Shown: positions 24,776 to 40,297, counted from the first letter of the stretch. The stretch: DNA of 64,000 nt from Octopus sinensis (GCF_006345805.1 NC_043000.1:62434001-62498000), one strand, 5' to 3'. Notes: a model not told the origin generated them from the sequence alone. Made by a program: numbers and translations.

Positions 24776-27700
24776 ATTTTTACATTTTCACATTTTCATC
24801 TCAGATGTCTTGCAAACAACTTGCACATGCAAGTGCTACCAGTTAAAAGCTCCGTATATCGGAAGCTAGCAAGTGTATGGGGTCATCACGAGAGAATGCG
24901 CGCCGTTTCGGGGCCTACCTCTCGACGGCATCAATGCGCACCGCCCCCCCCCCTCACTGATATGAGGCCCCGCTTGCTAGATCAGCTGGTTATGAAGAAC
25001 TCAATATACTTCTAGCCATCGCTCATCGTCTCTTTTTAACCAAATCCAGTGGCTAGCCTTCTCCACTGTAGATTGGATATCAGTCATGGTGGTATTGACT
25101 TTACGATGAGTTAGGCCTAGTGATAACAACAGTCGTCTCACGCTGTGTCCAACAAACCCTCTACATCCGACTTCGATAGGAAAATGTACCGCTTTCCATC
25201 CTGCGTCTTCACATTCCTCGAGGAGGTTTTCATAACGGTTCAATTTTCGAGCCCGAGCGGCGTCCATATTATCTTCATGAGGAACCGTTAGCTCGACTAT
25301 ATTTACAACTTTCTTTCTTTCACACCACATCAAAAAACTGGGACGGGAAAGAAAACCTGGCACCCAAGTAAATCTGCAGTTACCTCCCAATAGCCGTTCC
25401 ACTTTTCATTTTTCTCAGGAGTTTTCTTGATCTTCTTCTTGAAACGGATCCGCTGACCTGGTCGCACGAAGGTAATGAAATCTCTTGATGGTACTTTTAA
25501 CGGTTTTTCCTCAGTGTTGTTGAGATGAATTTGGTTCTTTATAGCATTGAAGATAACCTTAAGGACCAAGTTGTGCCTCCATGTGTACCTGTTCAATGCT
25601 AATGAACAGTTGGAAAGAATATGTTTTAGTGTACCGACATTTCCACATTTGCAGATGTCATTCTCTAAGACGTTCCATCCTACTAGATTCGTAGGTGATT
25701 GCAAAATATCATAAGATGAACGAATCAGGAAACTCAGCCGAGATGTCGTCCACTTCCACATCTCATCCCAACTTATCTTCCTCTCAACAACATGTTCTTC
25801 CCATCTCGTCATCTGACCTTGATGAACACATCGGATCAAATGAAGCTCTCTTCTCTCTGCTTCTCTTGTTTTGACGCTGTTGCTAACAACAGATCTGCGT
25901 TCACTCGGCATCATGCTTGCAAACGGTCTGAACTGATCTGCGCCAAAACCAAGATTTTCCGATGGTTCTGCGTTGCTCCCACCATATCTCTGTGTATAAG
26001 AGAAGACAAGATGTCGTCAGTTTCTGCTTCTGCTTTCCACTTCCTGGCTGTTTTCACCTCTGGTGGGTTACGCCTGATTTCCATATCCTTCGATTCTCTC
26101 AGCATCATGACCGTCCGTATCTTCCCCAACTTATATATTTCGACTATTGATGCTATTGGTAGCTGCAACGAACCTCTTTTACGATAAAGAGCTGAGCTGT
26201 TCAACATACGAGGTAGGCCTAGCCACTTTCTAATGAACACATTACATGTTTGTTCAATCCTTTCAACTCGTGACAATGCTACTTCGTATATTAAAAGTGT
26301 CCACGCAAGTCGCGGGTACAAGCCGAACTGCAAGCACCAAATTTTATATTTACCTGGTAACTTCGAATTATCAATCGCTGATAACCCAGCCTCGGCCTGT
26401 TTCATAATTTCAATCCCACGACTTCTGTCTGACAATGTTCCAGCGTATACTCGTCCCAAGCTCTTGACGGGCTCTTCCTTGACTGTTGGAATGCTTTCTT
26501 CAGATATTCGAAATTTAAATTCTTTCTGCACTCCCTTAACAAATGTCAGACTACGCGACTTTTTTGCTCTAAATCGCATCCTTGACCACTTTACAAGTTC
26601 GTCTAATCTCAAAAGGGCATTCTGCATGATTTGTTTATCTGTAGCTAGAAGTGTCACGTCATCCATGAAGGCTTTCTTAGGCGATTGTACATGGGCGATT
26701 TGTTCCGAAAAATCTACACCTTTCAAAATCAACTCCATGACTAAGATAAACCACGTGACAGATATTGTACAGCCAGCAGCAATGCCAACCTCCAATCGGT
26801 GCCAATTTGTTGTAAAATTTCCAGTTGTAAACCTCATTTCGAAACTGTCATAGTACATCCTCATTATTTTGATCACTTTGTCAGGAATGTGGAAGTGGTC
26901 CATGGCTGTTATTAGTAATTTGTGGGGCAATGAACCATACGCGTTAGCTAGGTCGAGCCATACCACGTTCAGACTTTTCTTGTTCTGTTTGGCATCCTGG
27001 ATCGCTTTCCAAATCGAAAAACAGTGTTCAACGCATCCAGGGATCCCGGGGATTCCGGCCTTTTGAACAGATTCATCAACATATCCGTTACTCTGTAAAT
27101 ATGCCACTGTTCTCCTCGACAGAATTCCCATAAAGATCTTGCCTTCCACATTCAATAAGGATATCGGCCTAAACTGTTTTATGGTCTTTGCATTGGCCTC
27201 TTTCGGCAGGTATATACCTTCTGCCTTACACCAATCCTCTACTATAGTCTCCTCGCGCCACAGTTGTCGGAGTAGAACGAAGAGCTTCTTTCGCAGACGA
27301 TTGCAGTACTTGTAGACTTTATATGAGACGCCATCACCTCCTGGGGCACTCTTTGCTCTAGCTTTTCTTACGAAGTCATTCACCTCTCTCTCCCTGATGT
27401 CTCCAATCTGGAATTCGATATCAGGTCCTGAGAGGTGATTTAGCCCATGTAGAGGTGGCAGCGGCTGGTTACGGTGCGGATCGCTGTAGGTTTCCTTGAT
27501 ATGAGTATCCAATTCTTCTTTAGTGCACGATAAAGTACCACTCTTCGGTTTAGTGAACAGCTTCTTAGTAAACCCGTACGGGTCCTTCAGAAACTGCCCC
27601 CGAGTCCTTTTACTTTTCGACGCTCATATCGGCGGATATGTCGTTGCACATAACGACATTTCCTCTTCAAATTGTTATACAGCAGCGCAAGGCCAGGTTT

Positions 27701-27930
27701 CTCATCTAGTGCAGCACAACTCCATCGCTTTCTTAAGTCGGACTTTTCCTTCCTCAACTGCTGCATTTTTCTTATCCTCCTGCTTGATCCACACTTTCCT
27801 TTCTCTAGTCGGATATTCTCTTTTATTCCAAATAAATCTTTTCTTATAACGTATATTGAGCTTGATAAGTTACCCAGTTTCTCCACTGTAGAGCCTGTCA
27901 TTCGTATATTCTGTAGGAACTGATCAGAGA
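24776..27930 (-). mobile_element. HERO-like (RLE-type) non-LTR retrotransposon, 5'-truncated
   Basis: Colinear minus-strand ORFs 27587..27901, 25911..27512, 25330..25914 and 25001..25402. A ~200-bp 3' UTR ends in short (TGAAAA)-like repeats near 24776-24800. Clade assignment comes from recalled HERO motifs. Confidence 0.9.
25001..27925 (-). pseudogene. Frameshifted RT-CCHC-restriction-like endonuclease polyprotein
   Basis: RT motifs SAPGGDG, FRPISLLNVEGKIF, WLDLANAYGSLPH, GIAAGCTIS and AFMDDV; zinc knuckle CKC...HILSNC; RHNLVL; RLE tail VELTVPHED...K..Y..L...GW...PIEVGCRGF...AS.WIWLKR. Three frame breaks, near 27615, 25955 and 25335. Confidence 0.92.
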
Positions 27931-29222
27931 TTGAGTGTGTTGGTGTTACTTTATACCGAGCATGGCTGATGTAATTGATACTTTGCTAATATTGACACTA
28001 AAACCCACAACTGAATTAAATGCGTAGCAAGCGTCACTAGTGACATTGAGAGACATTGGAAGGCGTGTCAGTTCAAGGATCGAGACGATATTGATTGTAA
28101 TCTGTCAGTCATGTTTTGTTAATGGACAGTCTTAAAACATTTGAAGTTGGATGTGGTAATACATGTGACCAGTATATACATATGTCATTGAGCTCCGTAG
28201 AGAGTCAATATTCTATTAAGAGTTGAAATAGTTTTTGTTTAGAAAAAGAACTTTAGCTTTTGGGATGTAGTTTGGGCAATGGTCACCACTCAAAATCATT
28301 ATTGTGAGGATAAAATATTTGTAGCGTCTCTAAATTGTTTTTGGTTGAGTGTTGTTCAAGTGAAAAACGATATTTAGTGCAAGACAGCACTAATGTTTAC
28401 TGATTGTGTTTTGATGAGATTGAAAGAGACTAATTGTCATGAACTCCTTGGATGAAATTGTTGAGATTTCTATTCGTATAATACGTGCAGAGCTGCAATA
28501 ATGCGGGTGTAACACTTATTAGAAGAAACTTAGTGGAGTGTGAAAGCTGATAGGTGATATAAACTACGTAACTGCTTGATTGTGGATTACAACTCGTATT
28601 GAACTATTCATTAGTGTACAGAAATGTGTAGAACACATGATCGTAACCTTGACGCATCGCGTTTCATATGTGAAATCAAAAGAGCTCTGTCGATACTGTC
28701 TGCAAAGAGGAGGAATACTTTACTAATATTTAAAAAAATATTTTTTGGAATAGCTCGAAGGTAAGACTCGTGGTGCGTAACGAATGAAAGCAGGTTGAAG
28801 AGAACATCTCTTTATTCATAGGTAGCCTATATCCGATTCGTTCCCCTTCTTAACCAGATACGTTATGTTACTTACAAGACAAAGAGACTCGAAGTAATAA
28901 AAGAGATTGAGTTATTTATTTGGGCATGAAGAAAGTGAGAGGAATTCGTCTGCGACTAAGAGCTATGGCTAATATTCTTGTTAATGGGGAAAATCTACAC
29001 AAAGCAATTCATCAGGATAACATCTAAGTGTATTTAAAATCTCAAAGTAACGAGCAAAAGGAATAACACCAACACTACCAGTATAGCGAAACTTTTTGCA
29101 AAGTACCAATAATGGAGACTGGGGTTAACCTACTTTTTAAAATTATTAAAAGAAAAATCCAAATCACATACTTCGTCCTAGTGAGACTTCGTCAGCAAAA
29201 GACATTTTCCTCAGTTTGCAAC

Positions 29223-29270
<48 letters not shown>

Positions 29271-29357
29271 GAGAATATGTTGTCTATTGATATTTTATAC
29301 ATGCTAAGCCACTGGTGGTGAAATTTCTAAAAATATTCACCACCCTATATATTATAC

Positions 29358-29428
<71 letters not shown>

Positions 29429-30111
29429 TATACGTATATATATATATATATATAATATATATATATATATTATACGATATATATATATTATATATATATA
29501 TATATATATACAAACATATAACACACAGTCATACAAACGTCTGTGTGGACATAAAGAAAGAAGCACAGTTTGCTTTTCATGTAGTAGCATGAATGAAATC
29601 ATATCCAATATTATGATGTGACATTACATTGAAATCGTTTACTTTTTATCAATATATAATAAATCTCTTACTGATAAAAGGAGAAAGAAAATAAATGTTT
29701 GAACTCTCATGTACTTACTTCATTTGCGGGAAAGGTGAACAATGTATCAATTATTGAAGAATATATATACCACAACAGCAAAATATGGCAAGAAAAATTG
29801 TTATTCCGTTAATATTGTTAATAATGTCATTATTTCACGGAGAGAATTTCTCCATCGTAATGCTGAGCTGAACGGCGTTTAACTTTGGTACGGCTGTGTA
29901 CGCAATAAATTTTTCTATATCATATATAGGAACTACAACAAAAAAAAGAAATCCCAAACAAAATGACATTTTGTAGAACAGGTTCCATTCGATAGATTCA
30001 ACTTCGGAATTTAGAACCTTCTAATTTGGCTTGGAATATATTAACTGGTAATTTTATGTCGACTTAATAATGCGTAGTTGAAGAGTAGAGAAATTGATAG
30101 AAGTCAAATAA

Positions 30112-30166
30112 CAACAACAACAACAACAACAACGACGACGACGACGACGACGACGACAACAACAAT
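30112..30166 (+). repeat. (CAA)n(CGA)n(CAA)n compound trinucleotide repeat
   Basis: Directly visible. Confidence 0.95.
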
Positions 30167-31286
30167 AGTAATAATCATAGTATATTGATGAAACTAATTC
30201 GATGATAAATAGGTCGACGAACTACTTCTTGAAGTATGTTCAATGGAATATTGCCTGTGTCAGTTGCACCATCATAAGTGTTAGATCAGTTTGTTAAGCA
30301 TTTGGTTAAAGAAATGCTTGCTGATTTATTTGAATACCATTTCCGTTATATGAAGAACACATGTCTAGTTCTACAGCCATAGAATGTATATATTGTTACA
30401 GTTGTAGTATCTCAATTATATATGTACATATTTTTCTTTTCGCATCTGAGGGTTCGTATGTAGGGTATGCACCAGTGGCACACCTGTTTTATCTTTGGTC
30501 TTAAAGGTAATTTTACGTTTCATTTCTCTTAAAATTTGTGTCTTTTGTGTTTATTTGTTTGTAACATTTCCTTCTCGTTTTTATTAAATACGCCGTTCTA
30601 GCATTCTCAAATTCTAGTAGTCTGATATGTTTTACAATATTACAACCTACAATCTACTGAAGTATTGAAGATAGTCTCACTCCGAGTCTATAGTTTCCTT
30701 AGATTTATTGTTTTCTTTACTCATACCAATGTTAAGGATGAAACCATAAAATACCTATCGCATCAATACAAGCGTTCATGTCCTTCATATGCCTGAGTAT
30801 GTGCCTGTGCGAGTGGATGAATGTGTATGTGTGTGCGCGTGTATGTAAAGGCGCGTGAACATATCGATGCACTTATGATCACGAAATCGGAGATTCCATT
30901 CTTAGACCATCCTGGCGTTATGGTCTTAGGCAAAACACTTCATTTCATGTTGCTTCAGTCCACTGAGCTGTAAATGAGGAACCCTGCAACGAAATGGCAT
31001 TCCGTTCGTTGGAAACGTTCGCCTTCCAGCTCAGTCAGTAGGATGGTCTCATTCGTAAAAGCTACGGCAATACGTGGAAGCGCATTGTGACCGCTGATTT
31101 ATAACAACGGCCGATAACCTGGTCCATACAATGATGTAGTGATATATATATATATATATATAAGTACATATGTATATATGCACACACACATATATATATA
31201 CTACTATACTAGTACATACACACACACATACATATAACTATACAAGTACATACGTACACACACACACTCACAAACATATCTATGTA

Positions 31287-31549
31287 CAATTAAAAGTGGG
31301 GACGGCCGGTTTATGGGAATATCTTAGGTTTCTCGTCCATAAAGGGTCTGGCTTTATGGCGTATCACCAGATATCCAAAACCTGTTGGCCCATGACCTCT
31401 TAAAAATATGGAGGGGGAAATGCCTCCTTATTCACAGGTAGCAATTAGGGATTATCTCCATTTGCTTTTGACTATCGACTTCCGGCTGTGCCACCATCTT
31501 GTGGGTTCCTAAGGTAATCTCATAAACTGGCCTCCCCCATTTTTAATAT
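31287..31549. mobile_element. Old MITE with ~40-bp imperfect TIRs and TA flanks
   Basis: Left 'attaaaagtggggacggccggtttatgggaatatcttagg' against reverse-complemented right 'attaaaaatgggggaggccagtttatgagattaccttagg' (7 mismatches in 40). Confidence 0.75.
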
Positions 31550-31594
31550 ATACTGCTCTACATCTTAGAGTTTGCTTCTCCTTTCAGATTTATG

Positions 31595-34264
<2,670 letters not shown>

Positions 34265-35442
34265 ATTGGTGTCACTGGAAAGCTGCTGCAATGGATCAAG
34301 TGCTTCCTCTCTAACAGAACCCAACATGTTGTAGTCGGGGGAGTCAAATCCAGCCCAGCCAAAGTCAGCAGTGGTGTCCCACAAGGCACTGTGTTGGGCC
34401 CACTTCTCTTCATCATCTACATAAATGATATTACTGACACCATCAAACACAGCAACATCAGAACCTTCGCTGATGATTCCAAGCTCCAGAAGGTCATCAA
34501 TGGCGTGGATGACCGAATAAACCTTCAGTCAGACCTACTGGCTGTTGTCCAATGGGCGGAAAAGAATAACATGTTGCTAAATGAAGACAAATTCGAACTG
34601 ATCCACTTTGGAAGGGAGGACGCTCTGAAACTCCCATACTCTCTTCCTTCTGGAGAAATTCTCATGGCATCCAACAACATCAGAGACTGGGAGTAACAGT
34701 GGACAAACAACATAAGCTGGGCTACACATATAAGCAGCAAAGTTGACATGGCCCGCAGAATGTTTCCTGGATTCTCAGAACTTCCAGTCGAGAGATTCCC
34801 ACGCTATATCCTTCTCTTCTCCACTTTTGCCCGACCCCACCTTGAATACTGCGGTCACTGTGGTCTCCCTACACAAAACAAAATATTATGAGAATTGAAG
34901 CTCCCCAAAGGTCATCACAAAAAAGATAGATGGCATGTCAGACCTTGACTACTGGGGTAGACTAGAGAAGCTGAAATTGTATTCACTCCAACGACGCGTG
35001 CGTGAACGCTACATTATCTGTATGATGTGGAAAATATTCCATCAGCACTGTCCGAATGATGTTGGCATCACCTTCAAAATGCATCCAAGGCTTGGACCAC
35101 GTGCCATCCGTCCACAAAAATCAAAAATCGCATCACATAACGACAATACGTCACAACTATTTCACCTCATTTGGACCTGCTCTCTTCCACATTACACCAG
35201 GACACGTCAAAAAAGAAACTGAGACACACAAAATTCAAGAAGTCATTGGACAAAATTCCTTCAAACAGTACCGGACAAACCACCCACACCCGGATAGATG
35301 TCTCCGCAAACAATAACTCTCTGCTCGAATGGGCCTTGGTGCCCAAATCCTGAACTGAAAGACTTCGCCAGGTGGTGCTATTAAGTTAGACATGGCCTGG
35401 GCCAATACTGGCCAAAAACCTTTCTAAGTTATTCTAAGTTAT
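34265..35442 (+). mobile_element. 5'-truncated CR1/L2-group LINE (RT domain to 3' end) inserted in (TA)n
   Basis: Frame open from 34265: IGVTGKLLQWIKCFLSNRTQHV...SGVPQGTVLGPLLFIIYIND...TFADDSKL. Later broken frames give RPHLEY, LYSLQRR and NNSLLEW. Tail (ttctaagtta)x2 at ~35421-35441. Confidence 0.93.
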
Positions 35443-35618
35443 ATAAATACATATATAATATTTATTTATAATATGTATGTATATAAATGTATATATATGT
35501 ATGTATATATATATATTATAATACATATATATTATATATATATATAATATATAATGTATGTATATATATACAATATATATGTATATATATATATATAATA
35601 TATATATACATATATATA

Positions 35619-35668
<50 letters not shown>

Positions 35669-36319
35669 ATATATATAGATATATATATCTATATATATAA
35701 TATATATATATATTATGACACATTTGGGATTTTCCAATAGAATCGCAACTCTATTTCAGGATAAGCGTATTGTATGGAATACACATAGACAGTTATATCC
35801 ATTAGAATAATAATAATAAAGTAATATAAGCATATAATAAACCTACTGTAAAATACAATAAAATTGTTTGAAAAATATTTATTACTTACCTGTTATTAGT
35901 CTGTTGGAAAAGAAGATATTTTTAATAAACGCTAACCGTGTTTTTGCGCTGGTGGGGTGTTTATTAAGGCTATACCTAATACATATATCCACCAGTGCGT
36001 CCTGGGGCTATTTATCTTATTGTTACTATTATTAACGTATCAAAGTTAAAAATACATGTCAAAGTAAATAGAAATGTAAGAATAAAAATATAATAAAAAT
36101 ATATGAATTACAAATATATTTTTAAAATTAAAAAATGGTATTTTATACTTCTATAGAAAGGAGTAAATCGTAAACTAAATTATTAATTCCTGTGATGTTT
36201 ATATAGATAGGGTGTAGGATTTGATGTGTTTATAATATAGTCGTTGAGGGTTTCCTTAGGTTTAGCATTTTCTATATATATCGGTATTGTAATTTTAGGT
36301 GTTTAATTTTTTTTTTAAA

Positions 36320-36400
36320 TCGTCAGGTTTTTGTAGTGACAGTCGTGTTTACTACAGTTCTCAATTGTGGACCACGACTGTCACTATATAAACCTGATGA
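36320..36400. repeat. 28-bp inverted repeat with a partly pairing 25-nt loop
   Basis: Arms 36320-36347 and 36373-36400, 3 mismatches. Confidence 0.85.
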
Positions 36401-36487
36401 GTGCATGATGCGTGAAAGCGGTTTATTTCAATATTGTAAAATTATAAATAATAGAATGTGAAATCAGACTAAGTTGGAACTTTATTG

Positions 36488-36555
<68 letters not shown>

Positions 36556-36660
36556 GCATATATATATATATATATATACATATATACATACATATATATA
36601 TACATACATATATATATACATATATATATACATATATACATACATATATATATACGTGTG

Positions 36661-36693
<33 letters not shown>

Positions 36694-37029
36694 ATATATA
36701 TATATTATATATATATATACCTTCTATCCATATATGCACACACATATAAATACAATAGTAACATGTACACATACTTAGGAATATACATAGAAATCAAACG
36801 AAAGCTTACAAACGTACTAGCGCACATCCACTCACGTATGCACCCAAATGAGTAAATTAGAAGGATTTTTTTTCATAAACTAAGATACAATCTTCTTAAT
36901 GTAATTCAGACATTTTTCTGTGTATATATTTATCTATTTCTGTATGCGTGTGCGTATTTATATGTGTGTAAGACAGAGAGAGCGAGTCTATGTGTATCTG
37001 TTTTACCAAGTGTTTTTGTTCCTTTTAAT

Positions 37030-37170
37030 ATTTCTATATCTCCGCCGAGATCGATTTTGCCTTTTATCCTTCGGGGTCGATAAATTAAGTACCAATTGCG
37101 TACTGGGGTCGATCTAATCGACTGGTCACTTCCCCAAAAAATTCTTCCCTTGTGCCTAGAGTAGAAAAGT
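37030..37170 (+). mobile_element. Dominant SINE, 3' half
   Basis: 'ctccgccgagatcgattttgcc...gtcgataaattaagtacc...gtcgatctaatcgactgg'. Confidence 0.9.
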
Positions 37171-37339
37171 ATATTTCTCTATATCTATTTTTGTATGTAT
37201 TTGTTTGTTTCTATTTTTATATCTAACAATTTCTTTATCATTATTTTCTCATTATTTCGATATGAATATATATATCATTTTCTTCCCAGTTATTAAATAA
37301 GATCTTGACGATTCTATACCATTTAGATTAGTCTAGAAC

Positions 37340-37640
37340 AACTCTGTACTTTGCCCTATGTAAGATGCACTTCTCTCGACACACTGTTTTACGCCATGAG
37401 TTCTTTGGCTATTCAGATGTTCGCTTTTCAGGGGGGTTCAATTTTAATGCGGTACCATTGGTATTTTAGTCTGGTACGTTCTGAATATGTGGCCTTGCCA
37501 TCTGAACTACCGACACTGTATTTCAAAGAGCAGAATTTATATTGAGCCAGATGATACGGTAGATTTTTTTTCAGGTATCCCTTGTGGAAAGCTTTTATAT
37601 ATTCATGCCACTTTTTATCACTCGGTCAGCATCTTGAGCC
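37340..37640 (-). mobile_element. Possible Penelope-like element remnant (post-RT region)
   Basis: Minus frames FHKGYLKKNLPYHLAQYKFC and LKYQWY...KEL resemble the HPxHxKxNIPYxLAxRI...YP region of Penelope-like proteins; decayed. Confidence 0.4.
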
Positions 37641-37867
37641 ATATATTAGAACATTGTTTGACATTGCTAGACTGAAATCATCATAATTCCCTACACGCTT
37701 TCTTAAACTCTGCTTGAATGACTCTTTTATCTCGTTGGTTGGTGGAATTTTTATTGCCGTCGAAGGCCGCATAGCACAAATACGTTATTGTTGACCCCAT
37801 GCCCAACATCTAGCCTGGGATCTTTGCTCTGTTTTCATTGCGACCTCTGTGCATGTATGTAGAAATA

Positions 37868-37906
37868 TGTAGATAGAAGGATAGATAGATAGATAGATAA
37901 ATAGAC

Positions 37907-37954
<48 letters not shown>

Positions 37955-37983
37955 GATAGATAGATAGATAGATAGATAGATAG
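37868..37983 (+). repeat. (GATA)n microsatellite
   Basis: Directly visible. Confidence 0.97.
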
Positions 37984-38325
37984 TCGTGGTACTCCGTCGG
38001 TTACGTCGACGAGGGCCCCAGGTGATCCGATCAACGGAAACCAGCCTGCTCGTGAAATTAATGTGTAAGTGGTTGAGCACTCCACAGACATGTGTACCCT
38101 TAACATAGTTCTCGGGGAGATTCAGCGTGATTCAAGTACAACAGAAACAGGAAGAAAGAGTGAGAGAAAGTTGTGGTGAAAGAGTGCAGCAGCGTTCGCC
38201 ACCCCACTCCCTGCCTGAATCACGTGGAGCTTTAGGTGTTTTCGCTGAATAAACACTCGCAACGCCCCTCTGGGAATCGAAACCGTGAGTCCGCTGCCCT
38301 AAGCACTGGGCCATTTCGCCTCCAC
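37984..38325. mobile_element. Two fused SINE fragments: a third family at 37984-38130 and a reverse copy of the 4750-type family
   Basis: The 38140-38320 part is the reverse complement of the 4750-4925 sequence; the first part is recalled as an octopus interspersed repeat. Confidence 0.65.
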
Positions 38326-38844
38326 GATAGATAGAAACTTACATACATACATAGACGATACAAACATAAATGCATACATACGTGTTTATGTAAATACAAA
38401 CATGCATGCATACATACATAGATCGATACACACATATGTATGTATGCATGCATGCATGTATGTGTCAGTTCAGTAAAGTATATTTTAAGTTCCTCCTATT
38501 TATCGTTTTGCGAATGAGTAACCTTCTTTATTTTATAGTTACTACAGGATGTGTATCAGAAAAAATAACTTTAAATTGATTCCTCACATCCCCTGATGGT
38601 CACGCAAGCTCAAGTACGAAACTTAAGCTGAGTTACGGTAATTTATTATGTATTAATTCAGATGCGTTTTCTTGTTATTATTGTTACATAGTGTATATTA
38701 TTCACGCAGTAATTTTGATGTTATTTTTAATTCCTTAGTGGAGCGGTTTATGAGGGTGTCAGTGAATTTTAAAACAATCATCAAATTTAATATGCTAATA
38801 ATGTAAGTATGTATGTGTTTCTCTCTCTCTCTCTCATTTATAGA

Positions 38845-39058
<214 letters not shown>

Positions 39059-39115
39059 AACATATATAATATGCCTGTATGTATATTCCGATCCATGACT
39101 CATTTCCTACACTCG

Positions 39116-39262
39116 CGACGCTTCATCAGCCAAGAGGAGGTGGTATCTTCAGTGAAGTTCTTCGCTTCGAAGGACAGGAACTGGCGTCAGCCAGGGATCA
39201 AAGAACTGGCAGAAAGGTAACCTCAGACGGTGCATCTTTATAGCGTCTACTTTGAATTCTAG
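39116..39262 (+). mobile_element. mariner transposase C-terminal remnant
   Basis: RRFISQEEVVSSVKFFASKDRNWRQPGIKELAER*PQTVHLYSVYFEF* fits the mariner FF.SK....Y..GI..L..RW......G.YF terminus. Confidence 0.75.
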
Positions 39263-39353
39263 GCTGCTATTGCAGTGGGTTGACGAATGAAGCTAATAGG
39301 TTGCCAAAATATTTCAAAACTTTAAACTCAGCACAAGATTTATGAGTTTGGAA

Positions 39354-39386
<33 letters not shown>

Positions 39387-39430
39387 AATTAAGGACTGAA
39401 CACGAAAAGTGGACAATCAACATGCTAGAT

Positions 39431-39512
<82 letters not shown>

Positions 39513-39778
39513 GGCGGATATCGTGGTGGCTATCTGTTAGGTTCCAGTTTACGGCTAACCCCATCGATCGACTGTGACTACTATTAGTTGTCAGTCATTC
39601 AGTGAAATTTTCAGATGTGTAATTCCGAGTTCGCTTCGCTGGACAGTAATATTGTCTGGAGTATATAGACTCCATACTCTATGTATTTATTACTAACGTG
39701 TGTGTGTTTGTAAATTTAAACAAACTAACATTTGTTTTTTGAAGCGTCGAAATGTGCATTGTACGACACAAGTAAGAC

Positions 39779-39972
39779 GATATCTTTTCGAACGCAGAAT
39801 TGCCGTTTGAACAGCAAAGAAGCTGAAGAAATTACTCTTACATTGTGGAAAAACTATTCAACAAACAGGCATGGGGCTCGAACTCACATTCCCTACGACT
39901 ACGGTTTTGTAAGGGTAATTTTACCTAGTATTTCTGCTGTTCGCACGGCAATTCTGCGTTCGAATAAATATC
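39779..39972. mobile_element. Foldback/MITE-like element with long inverted arms
   Basis: Perfect 20-bp inverted core at 39787-39806 and 39945-39964, with imperfect extension both outward and inward. Confidence 0.75.
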
Positions 39973-40257
39973 TTTATCTTGTACATATATATATATATAT
40001 ATTCAGCATTTTCTCAAATGACCTGCGCAAGTGATTTGTTTATAGTGTATGTGCCGTACATTTGGCTCACTCTCTCCATCAAATCGACCTTACCTGAGCA
40101 GGTGCAACGGTGTACCACGCATCAGATGCGGAAGTGATCGCAGTGCGACGGGAGATGAAGTGTTTTGCCCAAGAACGCAACGCACCACTCGGCCTAAGAA
40201 CTGAAACCACGATCTCACGATCTTTAGTGCAACGCTCTAACCACTAGGCAATGCGTC

Positions 40258-40297
<40 letters not shown>

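Noticed and set aside
25792-27923. + strand ORFs such as 26233..26853 (206 aa), 25792..26187 and 27523..27849
   Set aside because: Antisense shadows of the retrotransposon polyprotein, with no independent motifs.
27930-29100. 5' continuation of the HERO-like element or a host exon
   Set aside because: Similarity to the retrotransposon protein ends near 27925, all frames are interrupted, and the splice-like sites are isolated.
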